Of a DNA stretch of 45,821 nt, positions 1 through 8,984 are shown one piece after another. The translations under genes were made by a program, and so were the position numbers. The notes below the pieces were generated by a model, which had not been told where the DNA came from, did not search any database, and was given only the letters and a program-made list of their open reading frames with translations. Source of the DNA: Saprospiraceae bacterium (lineage in GTDB: Bacteria; Bacteroidota; Bacteroidia; Chitinophagales; Saprospiraceae); contig JAHDHH010000034.1 in the NCBI GenBank assembly GCA_020631405.1, forward strand, positions 1-45,821. The letters run 5' to 3'. Numbering within the stretch: position 1 is the stretch's first letter; each line of letters begins with the position of its first letter.

Positions 1-793
1 CTAGGACATTAGTAGCACTTACTGTACCACCGAACCATTCAATACCATCATCTTGATTTGCAACTACCTCTATATTATCTATAGTGGTTCCAGATCCTAC
101 ACCACCAAGAGTAAGTCCATTGATCTCATTTCCATCACCGATATTAGTACCACCGTGTCTGATTGAAATGTAGCAAAGTGACCCAGAACTGTCAGAAGCA
201 TCTGTACCGCCATACAATCCATTGGCATCTGATGTTGGAATCCCTTCTATTTGGACCTCTGTCAGGTCACCTATATCATTAGATGCAGAAATCGGAGCAT
301 GACCAAGTATGATCAATCCTCCCCAAAGTCCATTGATCGTTGGCTCCATGTTAGGACTAGCAAAGTTGCCAGCTGCAACATCTGCTGAAGTAATATTATC
401 AGCGACAGTAGTCATGATGATAGGAGCACTAGCAGTACCACAAGCATTTATAGATGCGCCTCTTGCTACGAGTATTGCACTAGCGTTAGCACCTGCGCCT
501 GCTTGCCCTTTGACTACAGTACCTGGCTCTATTGTCAGAGTTGCTCCAGATTCAACTGTAACTCTACCCTCTAGTATCCATTCTTTATCTGAAGTCCATG
601 TAGTATTGGCAGTGATGCTTCCGGCAACTGTCTCTTCTGTGCTTGTGTCTGTTGTCGTTTGATCAAAACATGAGCAATCTAGTAACTGAACCTGACCTGT
701 AGGACAGATCGTATCGCATGAATTGTCATCATTACACCCTATAGAGAATAGCAGTGTAGCTGTCAATAATAAAGTTGAAAAGTACTTAGTCAT
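1..793 (-). CDS. Partial lipoprotein; N-terminus at 793, 3' end runs off the window start
   Basis: ATG at 793-791 (plus-strand 'cat'). The N-terminus MTKYFSTLLLTATLLFSIGCNDD has a signal peptide and lipobox Cys. The frame stays open to position 1. Repetitive G/T/S/N-rich segments (e.g. GTTIDNIEVVANQDDGIEWFGG) suggest beta-helix-like repeats. It is absent from the ORF track, presumably because it has no in-window stop. Confidence 0.5.
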   Translation of the reverse strand, partial: MTKYFSTLLLTATLLFSIGCNDDNSCDTICPTGQVQLLDCSCFDQTTTDTSTEETVAGSITANTTWTSDKEWILEGRVTVESGATLTIEPGTVVKGQAGAGANASAILVARGASINACGTASAPIIMTTVADNITSADVAAGNFASPNMEPTINGLWGGLIILGHAPISASNDIGDLTEVQIEGIPTSDANGLYGGTDASDSSGSLCYISIRHGGTNIGDGNEINGLTLGGVGSGTTIDNIEVVANQDDGIEWFGGTVSATNVL

Positions 794-1120
794 AGTGTCT
801 TAAGTTTTATGCTTTTGTAAATAAGTTGAAGTGAATTATGCAATTCTTCCAATTATACTGCAAAGCTAGCTTGACACTATTGGCTCAATCTTAAGCCAAG
901 ATTAATGTTATGTTATGGGTTGGACTTATCTGTTTACATTGAGATAATATTGGATTGCTACCTATACGGCAATAGCTCTTGACTTTTATCCACGACTCAA
1001 GATGTTTTTCGGATAACACTATAACAATGTAGGAGTACATTTAAGCAAAGAATACCTATGAATAGAGCAGGATTTGAATGAAAAGCTGAAGGTCATTTGT
1101 TGACCCTATTTAATTGTTCT

Positions 1121-2236
1121 TTAGACATATGAGAGTACGAATCCCAAGACTGCACCCCCAAGAATGATCCATAGAGTATTGATTTTCTTAAAGTAGAAAT
1201 AGACGAAGAAGCTTAAGGCGCAAATCGCCGCTGTCTTCCAATCTATTATAATGCTTTGTGTCATTTTAAGAGTGACTACTACCATCACAGCAACAGCTGC
1301 TACATTGACTGCTGCCAAGAATTTCTTCAAAGGCTCAGATCGCTGCATAACTTTTACAAATTTATTCAAACCCCAGACGTAAAAGAATGATGGTAAGAAT
1401 ATCCCGACAGTTGCCAGAAGAGCTCCTTGGAATCCACCGACTTTATAGCCTACGAATGTAGCTGTTGATAATACTGGACCAGGTGTGACCTGACCAATTG
1501 CAATAGCCTCTACAAGATCGGGATGTGTGAGCCATCCAGTTGCTTCTATCAGTTCTCCATCTAGGTATGCAAACAGGACATAACCACTGCCAAATAGCAC
1601 CAGACCAACCTTCATAAAAATGAGGAAGAGCTGAAGATGAGTATAAGGTACCTTGAGTAAAAGGAGCAATGGCAAGATGGCAACACTATTTAATTGCCCA
1701 GGTTTACTAAGCAAGTTAGCTAGCATAAAGATGAGACCAGCAGAGAGAATGCAGAGTATTTCATTCACTCCAAGAAGCGAGGCAACAATAACTAATACAC
1801 CGACAATCAATAACCAAACATTCTTTATTGCCTTCTTACCTAGTTTCAATATTGCGGCTACAATAAATGAGATTACTGCTGCTTTGATCCCATTGACTAT
1901 CGGGACAACCCACTCTATCTCACTAAACTTATCAAAAAACACAGCAACACAAAGAGTAAGCAACACAGCTGGCACGATGAAGGCCATTCCACCGACAAAC
2001 AGACCTTTGACACCAGCTCTATGATAGCCACAGTGCATGGTCATCTCTGTAGAGTTAGGCCCTGGGATGAGGTTAGTAGCACCCATGTAATCAAGGAACT
2101 CTTGTTCTGACAACCACTTTCTCTTGGCTACCAGATCTTCTTCCATCATAGCAACATGGGCAGCGGGACCACCAAAGGCAACAAATCCCAGTCTGAAAAA
2201 ATACTTAAAGACTTCTAATAATCTCTTACTTTCCAA
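1121..2236 (-). CDS. chrA: Chromate ion transporter (CHR family)
   Basis: 371 aa with CHR-family motifs (FGGPAAHVAMMEE, NLIPGPNS) and a duplicated ~180-aa membrane half. The ORF begins with an alternative TTG codon, so the true start is uncertain by a few codons. Confidence 0.88.
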   Translation of the reverse strand: MESKRLLEVFKYFFRLGFVAFGGPAAHVAMMEEDLVAKRKWLSEQEFLDYMGATNLIPGPNSTEMTMHCGYHRAGVKGLFVGGMAFIVPAVLLTLCVAVFFDKFSEIEWVVPIVNGIKAAVISFIVAAILKLGKKAIKNVWLLIVGVLVIVASLLGVNEILCILSAGLIFMLANLLSKPGQLNSVAILPLLLLLKVPYTHLQLFLIFMKVGLVLFGSGYVLFAYLDGELIEATGWLTHPDLVEAIAIGQVTPGPVLSTATFVGYKVGGFQGALLATVGIFLPSFFYVWGLNKFVKVMQRSEPLKKFLAAVNVAAVAVMVVVTLKMTQSIIIDWKTAAICALSFFVYFYFKKINTLWIILGGAVLGFVLSYV

Positions 2237-2248
2237 TATTCAGATAGT

Positions 2249-3961
2249 TTAAATCTCGCCAGTTACAGCTTCAGAAATATTGATTAAGTGATCACCTACT
2301 TTCTCTAGTGAAGAGAACATATTGGTAAAGATCAATGACGAATTAGCATTATAATCTTTATCGTTAATTCTTTCTAAGTTTTGTTTTCTGAGCTTATCTC
2401 TGAATCTATTGATATCCCTTTCTTTTTCGCTTGCTGATGTGACCGTAACATCATCAAAGCTGGAGGTACTTAGGTTGGCTAAAGCAATACCAAATGCTTC
2501 ATCCACTAAGTCCATTAGTTCATTCAGACCATTTCTTTGATTTGGTGTGAAGTAGAGCTTCTTTTCGTTTTTGTATTCTAATGTCTTATACATTTGGAAG
2601 TAAATGTCCCCAATACGTTCTAAGTCATTACAAATATTCATGAAGCTTCTTAGTCTAATACTAGTCTTCGGCGTCATCTCCTGATTGGACAATTTAGTAA
2701 TATATTCAGTGATTTCGACCTCCATCTTATCTGTGATGTCCTCGTACTTCCTTAGCTTTTTATACATCTCTACTTGCTCCTTTTCATCTGTTGAGTTCAG
2801 CAATATTCTAGCGTATTCTGACATTCTAGAAGTTACTTCTCCGAAGTGAGCAGTTTCTTTTTGCAGCTCAACTGTTGCAAGTTCTGGTGTTCTTTGACTA
2901 GCATCTATGAATTTCAATCTTACTTCTTCGTCGTCATTGTTCTTAGCTTTTACTGACCAAACAGCAGCCTTGATTAGCCACGGCACGAATCCTATCAACA
3001 ATGCAACATTGATAATGTTAAACGTCGTGTGGAATGCCGCAAGAATGTATGTATTCATTCTTTGTGCTTCATTCAAATCAGCCGTCTTGAGCTTCGCATT
3101 ACTTTCAAATATATTAGTGAAATTCTCAACAAACACAGTAAGGAAGTCAATTACCCAAGGTAAAAGCATCACCATCCAACAGACTCCAATGATATTAAAC
3201 ATTGAGTGAATTCTTGCTGATCTTTTGGCATGTACATTACCAATAATAGAGGCCAACTCAGCAGTAATTGTAGTACCTATATTTTCACCTAGTACCATTG
3301 CTGCAGCAACATCTAGGGGAAGCCAACCAGCATAGACCAGCGTAAGCGTCACTGCCATGGCAGCACTTGATGATTGTACAATTACGGTAATCATGGCACC
3401 TACGAATACAAAGAATATTCTTGAAAATATCCCATATTGTGACAGACCTTTTATCCATGCCATTGCCTCACCTCCAAGGTCAGGAACTGCATTTTTCAAA
3501 TAAGACAATCCTAGAAATAATATTGCAAAACCGATAAGAAATTCTCCCCAATATTTTCTATTGCCTACCTTAGAAAAGAGCATTGGTACACCAACGGCAA
3601 AGAGTGGTATGGAGTAAGCGCTAAGCTTCACTTTGAACCCAAGAATAGCAATAATCCATCCTGTTACTGTTGTTCCGATATTGGCACCCATCATAACACC
3701 TGCCGACTCTACGAGTGAGAGTATTCCAGCATTCACGAATGAGACTGTCATTACTGTTGTAGCAGAAGAAGACTGAACTAACGCGGTAATGATAAAACCG
3801 GTTAACACTCCTAAGAATCTATTCTTAGTCATACTTCTAAGGATAGACCTAAGTGCAGATCCAGCTGCTCGTTGGATCCCTTCACTCATCATTTTCATAC
3901 CGAAAATGAAGAATGCCAAGGCTCCTAAAATATTAATTGCATCCCAAAATCCGAATTCCAT
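2249..3961 (-). CDS. Na/Pi cotransporter family protein with C-terminal PhoU-like domain
   Basis: 570 aa. The N-terminal half is polytopic membrane with a duplicated NptA-type repeat (QSSSATTVM / QSSSAAMAV). The C-terminal ~200 aa is a soluble coiled PhoU-like region. ATG confirmed at 3961. Confidence 0.82.
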   Translation of the reverse strand: MEFGFWDAINILGALAFFIFGMKMMSEGIQRAAGSALRSILRSMTKNRFLGVLTGFIITALVQSSSATTVMTVSFVNAGILSLVESAGVMMGANIGTTVTGWIIAILGFKVKLSAYSIPLFAVGVPMLFSKVGNRKYWGEFLIGFAILFLGLSYLKNAVPDLGGEAMAWIKGLSQYGIFSRIFFVFVGAMITVIVQSSSAAMAVTLTLVYAGWLPLDVAAAMVLGENIGTTITAELASIIGNVHAKRSARIHSMFNIIGVCWMVMLLPWVIDFLTVFVENFTNIFESNAKLKTADLNEAQRMNTYILAAFHTTFNIINVALLIGFVPWLIKAAVWSVKAKNNDDEEVRLKFIDASQRTPELATVELQKETAHFGEVTSRMSEYARILLNSTDEKEQVEMYKKLRKYEDITDKMEVEITEYITKLSNQEMTPKTSIRLRSFMNICNDLERIGDIYFQMYKTLEYKNEKKLYFTPNQRNGLNELMDLVDEAFGIALANLSTSSFDDVTVTSASEKERDINRFRDKLRKQNLERINDKDYNANSSLIFTNMFSSLEKVGDHLINISEAVTGEI

Positions 3962-4002
3962 GTTGTCTTGTTTTTGTGGTTAGTTGTTAGTGTTGTGGTC
4001 TA

Positions 4003-5211
4003 CTAAAAATGTACTTCCATTTGGGTTCTCCAAAGGAATGAGTTTTGTTTTTCTAGGCGTTCTACTAAAGAAAAATCCGTTTGTATTTTCAATTTATGGC
4101 CGACGAAGAACTTGTTAAGGCCTAAGGTGTAATGCACTTCGTCAGTCGCTAAGTCAGCTGATATCGTTGTATATCTACCTGCAACTTCTACGTTATTATC
4201 AAACATATATCCAGCTGATAGATTCAATGCAGATCCTGTATAGAACTCACCAATGATGTTACCATCTATGTCGGTTACAAGAGGGTTTTCATCGCTAGTT
4301 TGCTTGTCAGCGTACTCTGCCATAATAGATAGACCTTTGTGCTTGTACATCAAGTCAGCAAAGAAGGTATTCAAGTCTTTACCTACAAAGCTTCCTTCTG
4401 CATTAGTGATGTAGTCACCTTTCTGTCCTCTTTCTCTGATAGAGTTCTGATTATTATCATAGGTTAGTCCTATTGATAGTTTTGGTTTGGCCTCTCTCTT
4501 CACTGAAGAACCTACATAATCTCCCTTTGATTGGAATTTTCCGAAAGGTAAGAACTCCAGTCTATAAGTATAGTTGAATCCATCATGGAAACCATCGATC
4601 TGATTTTTGCCTTCACCAAGACCAAAAGATACGCTACTTCTCAGAAGAAACTCATCACCAAATGTATGGTGATGGAGCAACTGAATAAACATATCCCGAT
4701 CTAGTGTAAATCTAGAATTCAATCTAGAACGATCTACAAACTGGAGGTTGGCTGACGAGATGACTCGTTCTCTGTTACCAGCTAGTTTGGTTTGACCAAA
4801 CTTGACACTAAAGTTTTGGTAGAAATTATATTTCACATAAGCGTCTAGGATGATATTCGCTGCATTGCCGTATAGATCGGAATTACCTCCTCCATTGTCT
4901 CTATTTGATATCGACAACTCTGTTTTATATTGCAATTTTGAATTGAGGATCCATCCATCCATTTTTATTCTAGATCGACGAATAAGAGCATTGGCATCAA
5001 AATCTGCTTCGTAGTCATTAGCATCATCAGCGACAGACCAATCAGCGATCATCAAACTTTGAAATCTAAACCCCACTTTCATGTAAAATGAAGAATCTTG
5101 ACCTAGTATTTGAAGGCCTTTTCCGAATTTAGCAGTGATTGATTGCGAACTCAGAGAACATGTAGAAAGGAGAAATAAGCAAACTGCTATTCTCAATATT
5201 GGTTGATTCAT
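4003..5211 (-). CDS. Outer-membrane beta-barrel porin, likely phosphate-selective porin O/P-like
   Basis: 402 aa with a signal peptide (MNQPILRIAVCLFLLSTCSLSSQ) and alternating amphipathic beta-strand pattern. The C-terminal residue is aromatic (…MEVHF). It is co-oriented 41 nt upstream of the Na/Pi cotransporter gene. Confidence 0.6.
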   Translation of the reverse strand: MNQPILRIAVCLFLLSTCSLSSQSITAKFGKGLQILGQDSSFYMKVGFRFQSLMIADWSVADDANDYEADFDANALIRRSRIKMDGWILNSKLQYKTELSISNRDNGGGNSDLYGNAANIILDAYVKYNFYQNFSVKFGQTKLAGNRERVISSANLQFVDRSRLNSRFTLDRDMFIQLLHHHTFGDEFLLRSSVSFGLGEGKNQIDGFHDGFNYTYRLEFLPFGKFQSKGDYVGSSVKREAKPKLSIGLTYDNNQNSIRERGQKGDYITNAEGSFVGKDLNTFFADLMYKHKGLSIMAEYADKQTSDENPLVTDIDGNIIGEFYTGSALNLSAGYMFDNNVEVAGRYTTISADLATDEVHYTLGLNKFFVGHKLKIQTDFSLVERLEKQNSFLWRTQMEVHF

Positions 5212-5212
5212 T

Positions 5213-5318
5213 TGGACAATTGAATTTTTTCTACTGCAAAGTTAAATTGGTAATGTTAAGCCAATGTTAACCTTTCAGGCAAAAAGATGTCAGAAGCTTA
5301 CATATATTCAATTGTCCA
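5213..5318 (-). promoter_or_regulatory. 13-bp perfect inverted repeat (TGGACAATTGAAT … ATTCAATTGTCCA) with an 80-nt spacer in the porin 5' leader; candidate leader stem or operator pair
   Basis: The arms are at 5213-5225 and 5306-5318. The proximal arm starts 2 nt upstream of the porin start codon. A nested 8-bp inverted repeat (gatgtcag 5286-5293 / ctgacatc 5337-5344) is also present. Confidence 0.4.
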
Positions 5319-5416
5319 GAAAGAATTGTAATACTGCTGACATCTCTTCAAAAGTAGAAACCTAATATTATGTATATATTAAGAGAATATTATCAAAAGA
5401 ATAGGTGCTCACTCCA

Positions 5417-6481
5417 CTAACAACAATTGCTAGCCTCGCCGTCAGCTAGTGCAGCAAATGGCATTGCTCCTCCGCAACCTTCAAATACACCATAATGTGT
5501 ATCCCAAGTCCCGTAGAACTCAAAGTGGTCGCTATATCTTGTAGACTGTAACATCAGATAGGTATTACCACAAACTGGTAGAATTTTGTGCTTAGGGAAG
5601 TTATGGTGGTTGTCAAGGTCAAAGCTGTGTTCGCTGTGTTCTATTGTGCCTTTGTATGCGACTGCTTGTCCATAATCTTCACATTCATCCTCAAGATTGT
5701 CAATCTTCCAGAGCCTGTAGGTTACTGAGAAGAATTGAATATCGCCACACTTCGCTTGTATTTCCTTATTCTCAATCGTAATCGGATTATTCTTGACACT
5801 TCTTGGATCTGTAAATCCAGCATTCTTTGCAAGACGCAAAAAGTCATTCCAATAGAGAGCTCCACTCAGACATTCTCCCCAGAGTACTGGATCGGCCTGT
5901 AGGGTCTCACTAATTCGACGATCACTGTAGACATCGCTAAAGTACATTTCTCCACCAGGCTTCAATAATTCATACACATCCTTGAGTACTTTGTCCTTAT
6001 TCATCGCTAAGTTGATGACACAATTGGAGATGATCAGGTCAAAACTATTTGGCTCTAGGCCTAACTCTTCGAGAGATTCTATGTTGCCTTTTAGAAATTT
6101 GACATTCGCATGCTTGTAGCCAAACTGTGTTGTATGATAGTCAATGTGCTTATTCGCAACATCTAGCTGTTCGTCTGTCATGTCTACTCCAATGACTTCT
6201 CCATCTTGCCCGACAAATTGAGATAAAATATAGCAATCTCTTCCACTCCCAGAACCAAGATCAAGAATTCGCATTCCCTTCAATTGATCTGGAATGACTA
6301 GCCCACACCCATAGTATTTGTCTAAGACTTCCTTGTGTACATTTCTTAGCGCTACCTTGAAATATTCTGGCGGCTCCTCCATAGTGCAGCAAGCATTAGT
6401 CTTCAAGTCATCACTATGAGACAGCTCTTTGCCATAGTAATCTTTTACCTCATCGTGTTTCGCTTCTATATTCTGATTCAT
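5417..6481 (-). CDS. arsM: Arsenite S-adenosylmethionine methyltransferase (AS3MT/ArsM family)
   Basis: Strong collinear similarity to animal AS3MT, recalled from memory. Matching segments include YYGCGLVIP, ILDLGSGSGRDCY.LSQ.VG, VLKPGGE.YFSDVY, VLWGECL.GALYW and NKEL. The conserved Cys pairs are present. The start is set at the internal ATG 6481 (MNQNIEAKHDEV…). The track ORF extends to 6580. Confidence 0.85.
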   Translation of the reverse strand: MNQNIEAKHDEVKDYYGKELSHSDDLKTNACCTMEEPPEYFKVALRNVHKEVLDKYYGCGLVIPDQLKGMRILDLGSGSGRDCYILSQFVGQDGEVIGVDMTDEQLDVANKHIDYHTTQFGYKHANVKFLKGNIESLEELGLEPNSFDLIISNCVINLAMNKDKVLKDVYELLKPGGEMYFSDVYSDRRISETLQADPVLWGECLSGALYWNDFLRLAKNAGFTDPRSVKNNPITIENKEIQAKCGDIQFFSVTYRLWKIDNLEDECEDYGQAVAYKGTIEHSEHSFDLDNHHNFPKHKILPVCGNTYLMLQSTRYSDHFEFYGTWDTHYGVFEGCGGAMPFAALADGEASNCC

Positions 6482-6715
6482 TGTCTCGATATTTCCTTCT
6501 AAAAAACAATACAACGTGGCATTGTTCGCTAAATGTAAGATTATTAATTGAACTGTCAATATATGACAAAATGATTTCAATTGAGTTTAGCGTGAGTAAG
6601 TAGTACTGTAATTAATTCAGCAATACAGTATAGTCAAACTTCGGGTCATAACACCAACCTGAAACTAAAGTGAATCAACTACAAAATTAGTCTTTCCAAT
6701 CAAATGTGTTGCTGC

Positions 6716-8245
6716 TTATTCTTCGATTTGGTCTTCCTGTGCTTCCTGTTCTTTTTTGCCAACTAAAGATTGTGGAAGACTCATTCCACTCTGTTCAAGA
6801 AAATCATTGAGCTGAGGCATCATGCCATACAAGCCTTGAACAAAGTTAGTAACTCCAGTTCCTGATCCACTATCATAAACAACTACTTTGTCGATTTCTA
6901 AATCTTTTATTGCTCCTGTTTGGATCTTAGCTAATTCGGTAAGTTTATCGATCATCAAGTATCCAATAGCACTTTCTGGACTACCTCCAGCTGCCTCTAC
7001 CAATCTCTGAAACCCTTCTGCCTGCTTCGTGAGTAGCGCCTCCTGTCCTTGAGCTTGTGCCATATATTTTGCTAACAATGCATCTGCTTCACCCTTAGCT
7101 GTTTCCCTTTGTCTCTCAGCCTCTGCTTGTGCAGCAATCACCGCTTTTTGCTTTTCAATATCTGCTTCCACAACTTCATCTGCCTGTCTTCTTGCCAGTT
7201 CCATTTTTGCTCTTGCATCCTCGGCATCTCTCTCTGCAGCGTATCCTTCTTGCAATGCCTTAGCACTTGCTACTTTCCTTGCTGCTGTTGACTTTCTTTC
7301 AGACTCAGCAACTTCTATTTCTTTAGCAGCATTAGAATTAGCAATTTTGATATTGGCCATGTTTTTTCCTTCTATAGCAATTGCTCTAGCATCTGCCTCT
7401 CCAATTTCTGCTCTTGAATTGGCTTCAGCGATACTTACCCTTTGTTGTTGATCTGCTTCGGCCTCTCCTATTTCTGCAAAACTATTTGACTCAGCCACTT
7501 TTATTCTCTGTTGTTGAGTAGCCACTGCTTCTCCAATTTCTGCTCGACTATTAGCATCTGCTACTTTAGATCGCTGTTCCTGTTGAGCTTCGGCTTGTCC
7601 TATTGCTCCAGTTCTTTCTTCATTAGCAACTTTTACTTTTGCATCATTAATTGCTTTTGCAGCAGCTTCCTTTCCTAACGCCTGGATATAACCAGATTCA
7701 TCTTGAATGTCAGTTACGTTGACATTAATAAGTTCCAAGCCTATTTTATGTAGCTCGTTTCCAACGTTTCTATATACTGATTCTACAAATTTATCTCTAT
7801 CCGTATTCAGTTCTTCAATATCCATATTTGCAATTACTAACCTCATTTGTCCCATGATAATATCATGAGCTAATGATCTTACCTGTGGTCTTTCTAGTCC
7901 AAGTAATCTTTCAGCTGCGGCAATCATCAAATTTGGTTTATTACTTACTCCTACTGTAAATTGGGCAGGTACTGATACTCTAATGTTCTGTTTAGAAAGA
8001 GCATCTTGTAAGTTAACATCAATACTAATTGGTGTCAAGTCGAGGAACCGATAATCCTGAATCACTGGCCATACAAAAGTGGCACCACCTGCATAACATT
8101 TGGCAGACGTTTCTCCACCTGTTTTACCGTATACGACTAAGATTTTGTCTGACGGACAACGCTTGTATCTACTAATAAAAAATAGGAGTACAAGGATCGA
8201 CACCAACACCAAAAACCCTACTAAGATTAATATTTGACTCGTCAT
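6716..8245 (-). CDS. Flotillin-like SPFH/band-7 protein (YqiK/FloA type)
   Basis: 509 aa with an N-terminal TM anchor and an SPFH domain. A long Ala/Glu/Gln-rich coiled-coil carries ~21-aa tandem repeats (ANSRAEIGEA…QQQR). The C-terminus is acidic. Confidence 0.88.
   Translation of the reverse strand: MTSQILILVGFLVLVSILVLLFFISRYKRCPSDKILVVYGKTGGETSAKCYAGGATFVWPVIQDYRFLDLTPISIDVNLQDALSKQNIRVSVPAQFTVGVSNKPNLMIAAAERLLGLERPQVRSLAHDIIMGQMRLVIANMDIEELNTDRDKFVESVYRNVGNELHKIGLELINVNVTDIQDESGYIQALGKEAAAKAINDAKVKVANEERTGAIGQAEAQQEQRSKVADANSRAEIGEAVATQQQRIKVAESNSFAEIGEAEADQQQRVSIAEANSRAEIGEADARAIAIEGKNMANIKIANSNAAKEIEVAESERKSTAARKVASAKALQEGYAAERDAEDARAKMELARRQADEVVEADIEKQKAVIAAQAEAERQRETAKGEADALLAKYMAQAQGQEALLTKQAEGFQRLVEAAGGSPESAIGYLMIDKLTELAKIQTGAIKDLEIDKVVVYDSGSGTGVTNFVQGLYGMMPQLNDFLEQSGMSLPQSLVGKKEQEAQEDQIEE
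7395..7600. repeat. Intragenic ~63-bp tandem DNA repeats (3 imperfect units) encoding the flotillin coiled-coil EA repeats
   Basis: The units '…ctccaatttctgctc…gcttc(g/a)gc…' recur with ~63-nt period. They mirror the 21-aa protein repeat AE(A/S)NS(R/F)AEIGEA. Confidence 0.5.
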
Positions 8246-8279
8246 AAGATTGAATTTTATTTGATTCTATATAAATTGA

Positions 8280-8810
8280 TTATGCTTTTTCTACGATTAA
8301 AAACTCCCCTTCAATGCCAATCACTCTGATTGTCGCTCCAGTAGGAAGGTCTTCTTTGGAGGATGTTTTTGCTTTCAATTCGCGAGTAACTCCTTTCACC
8401 TCTAAATTTACTATACCACTTCCAGCTCCAGCCGGTACTTTTAGATAAACTGAACCTTCACCATAGAGAGCATCATCTAGTTCCCAGTTGACATTTTCAG
8501 TATTACTTAGCAATAGTTTTAGTAAATAATTCAACATTAAAAAAGCCAGAAGACCTGCCAACATTCCTATGCCTAAAACCAAAGCAATGCCTTTATTTGC
8601 ATGAAGCAATATTTTCATCACCCAAGAACTTACTGATACGAAGGTCAATATCCCTTTGATAAGACCAATGCCTCCAGCATCAGAATCAATATCTGTATCA
8701 CCACCACCAATGTCTAAATCAAGATCTAAGACTCCAAGCAAAGACAATAACAATAGCAAAACTAAGATGCCACCAGTAAAAAGGGAAACGTAGGTAAGTG
8801 TAGTGATCAT
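8280..8810 (-). CDS. NfeD-family membrane protein (flotillin-associated, C-terminal OB-fold)
   Basis: It has N-terminal TM helices and a C-terminal beta-rich domain (GSVYLKVPAGAGSGIVNLEVKGVTRELKA…IRVIGIEGEFLIVEKA). It lies immediately upstream of and co-oriented with the flotillin gene, the classic nfeD-flotillin pair. The start is set at ATG 8810 (MITTLTYV…). The track ORF begins at an alternative TTG at 8900. Confidence 0.7.
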   Translation of the reverse strand: MITTLTYVSLFTGGILVLLLLLSLLGVLDLDLDIGGGDTDIDSDAGGIGLIKGILTFVSVSSWVMKILLHANKGIALVLGIGMLAGLLAFLMLNYLLKLLLSNTENVNWELDDALYGEGSVYLKVPAGAGSGIVNLEVKGVTRELKAKTSSKEDLPTGATIRVIGIEGEFLIVEKA

Positions 8811-8984
8811 GATCTTAAATTTAGTAACTAAAGCTAAGAAAGAATTGTGAGTTGACTTTCTTATTACATATATATTATTAACAAATATTTGTTTCGACAA
8901 AGTTTCATCTAAATATTCCGTTTATCTATACTTTGCTTGGATTAGCCGAATAATCGCCGATACAATTGCTATTGAGTCTTTCAA

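Noticed and set aside
309-662. 117-aa plus-strand ORF
   Set aside because: It lies entirely inside the better-supported minus-strand lipoprotein ORF (signal peptide and lipobox). Its translation is low-complexity and has no recognisable features.
1653-3209. Plus-strand ORFs 1653..2024 and 2907..3209 and similar antisense ORFs across the window (e.g. 7109..7291, 9239..9439, 12625..13002, 13888..14231, 22389..23039, 23483..24028, 27985..28590, 31265..32041, 36169..36701)
   Set aside because: They are embedded antisense within long, well-supported CDSs (chrA, Na/Pi cotransporter, flotillin, GT4, ahcY, DUF1015, amidohydrolase, E2/cinA, ftsH, endonuclease). Their compositions are low-complexity, typical of shadow ORFs.
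6482-6715. Small palindromes (tgtca-atata-tgaca; aacaat…attgtt) in the arsM upstream region as an ArsR operator
   Set aside because: The arms are short and unremarkable for AT-rich DNA, and no arsR gene is nearby to motivate the call.
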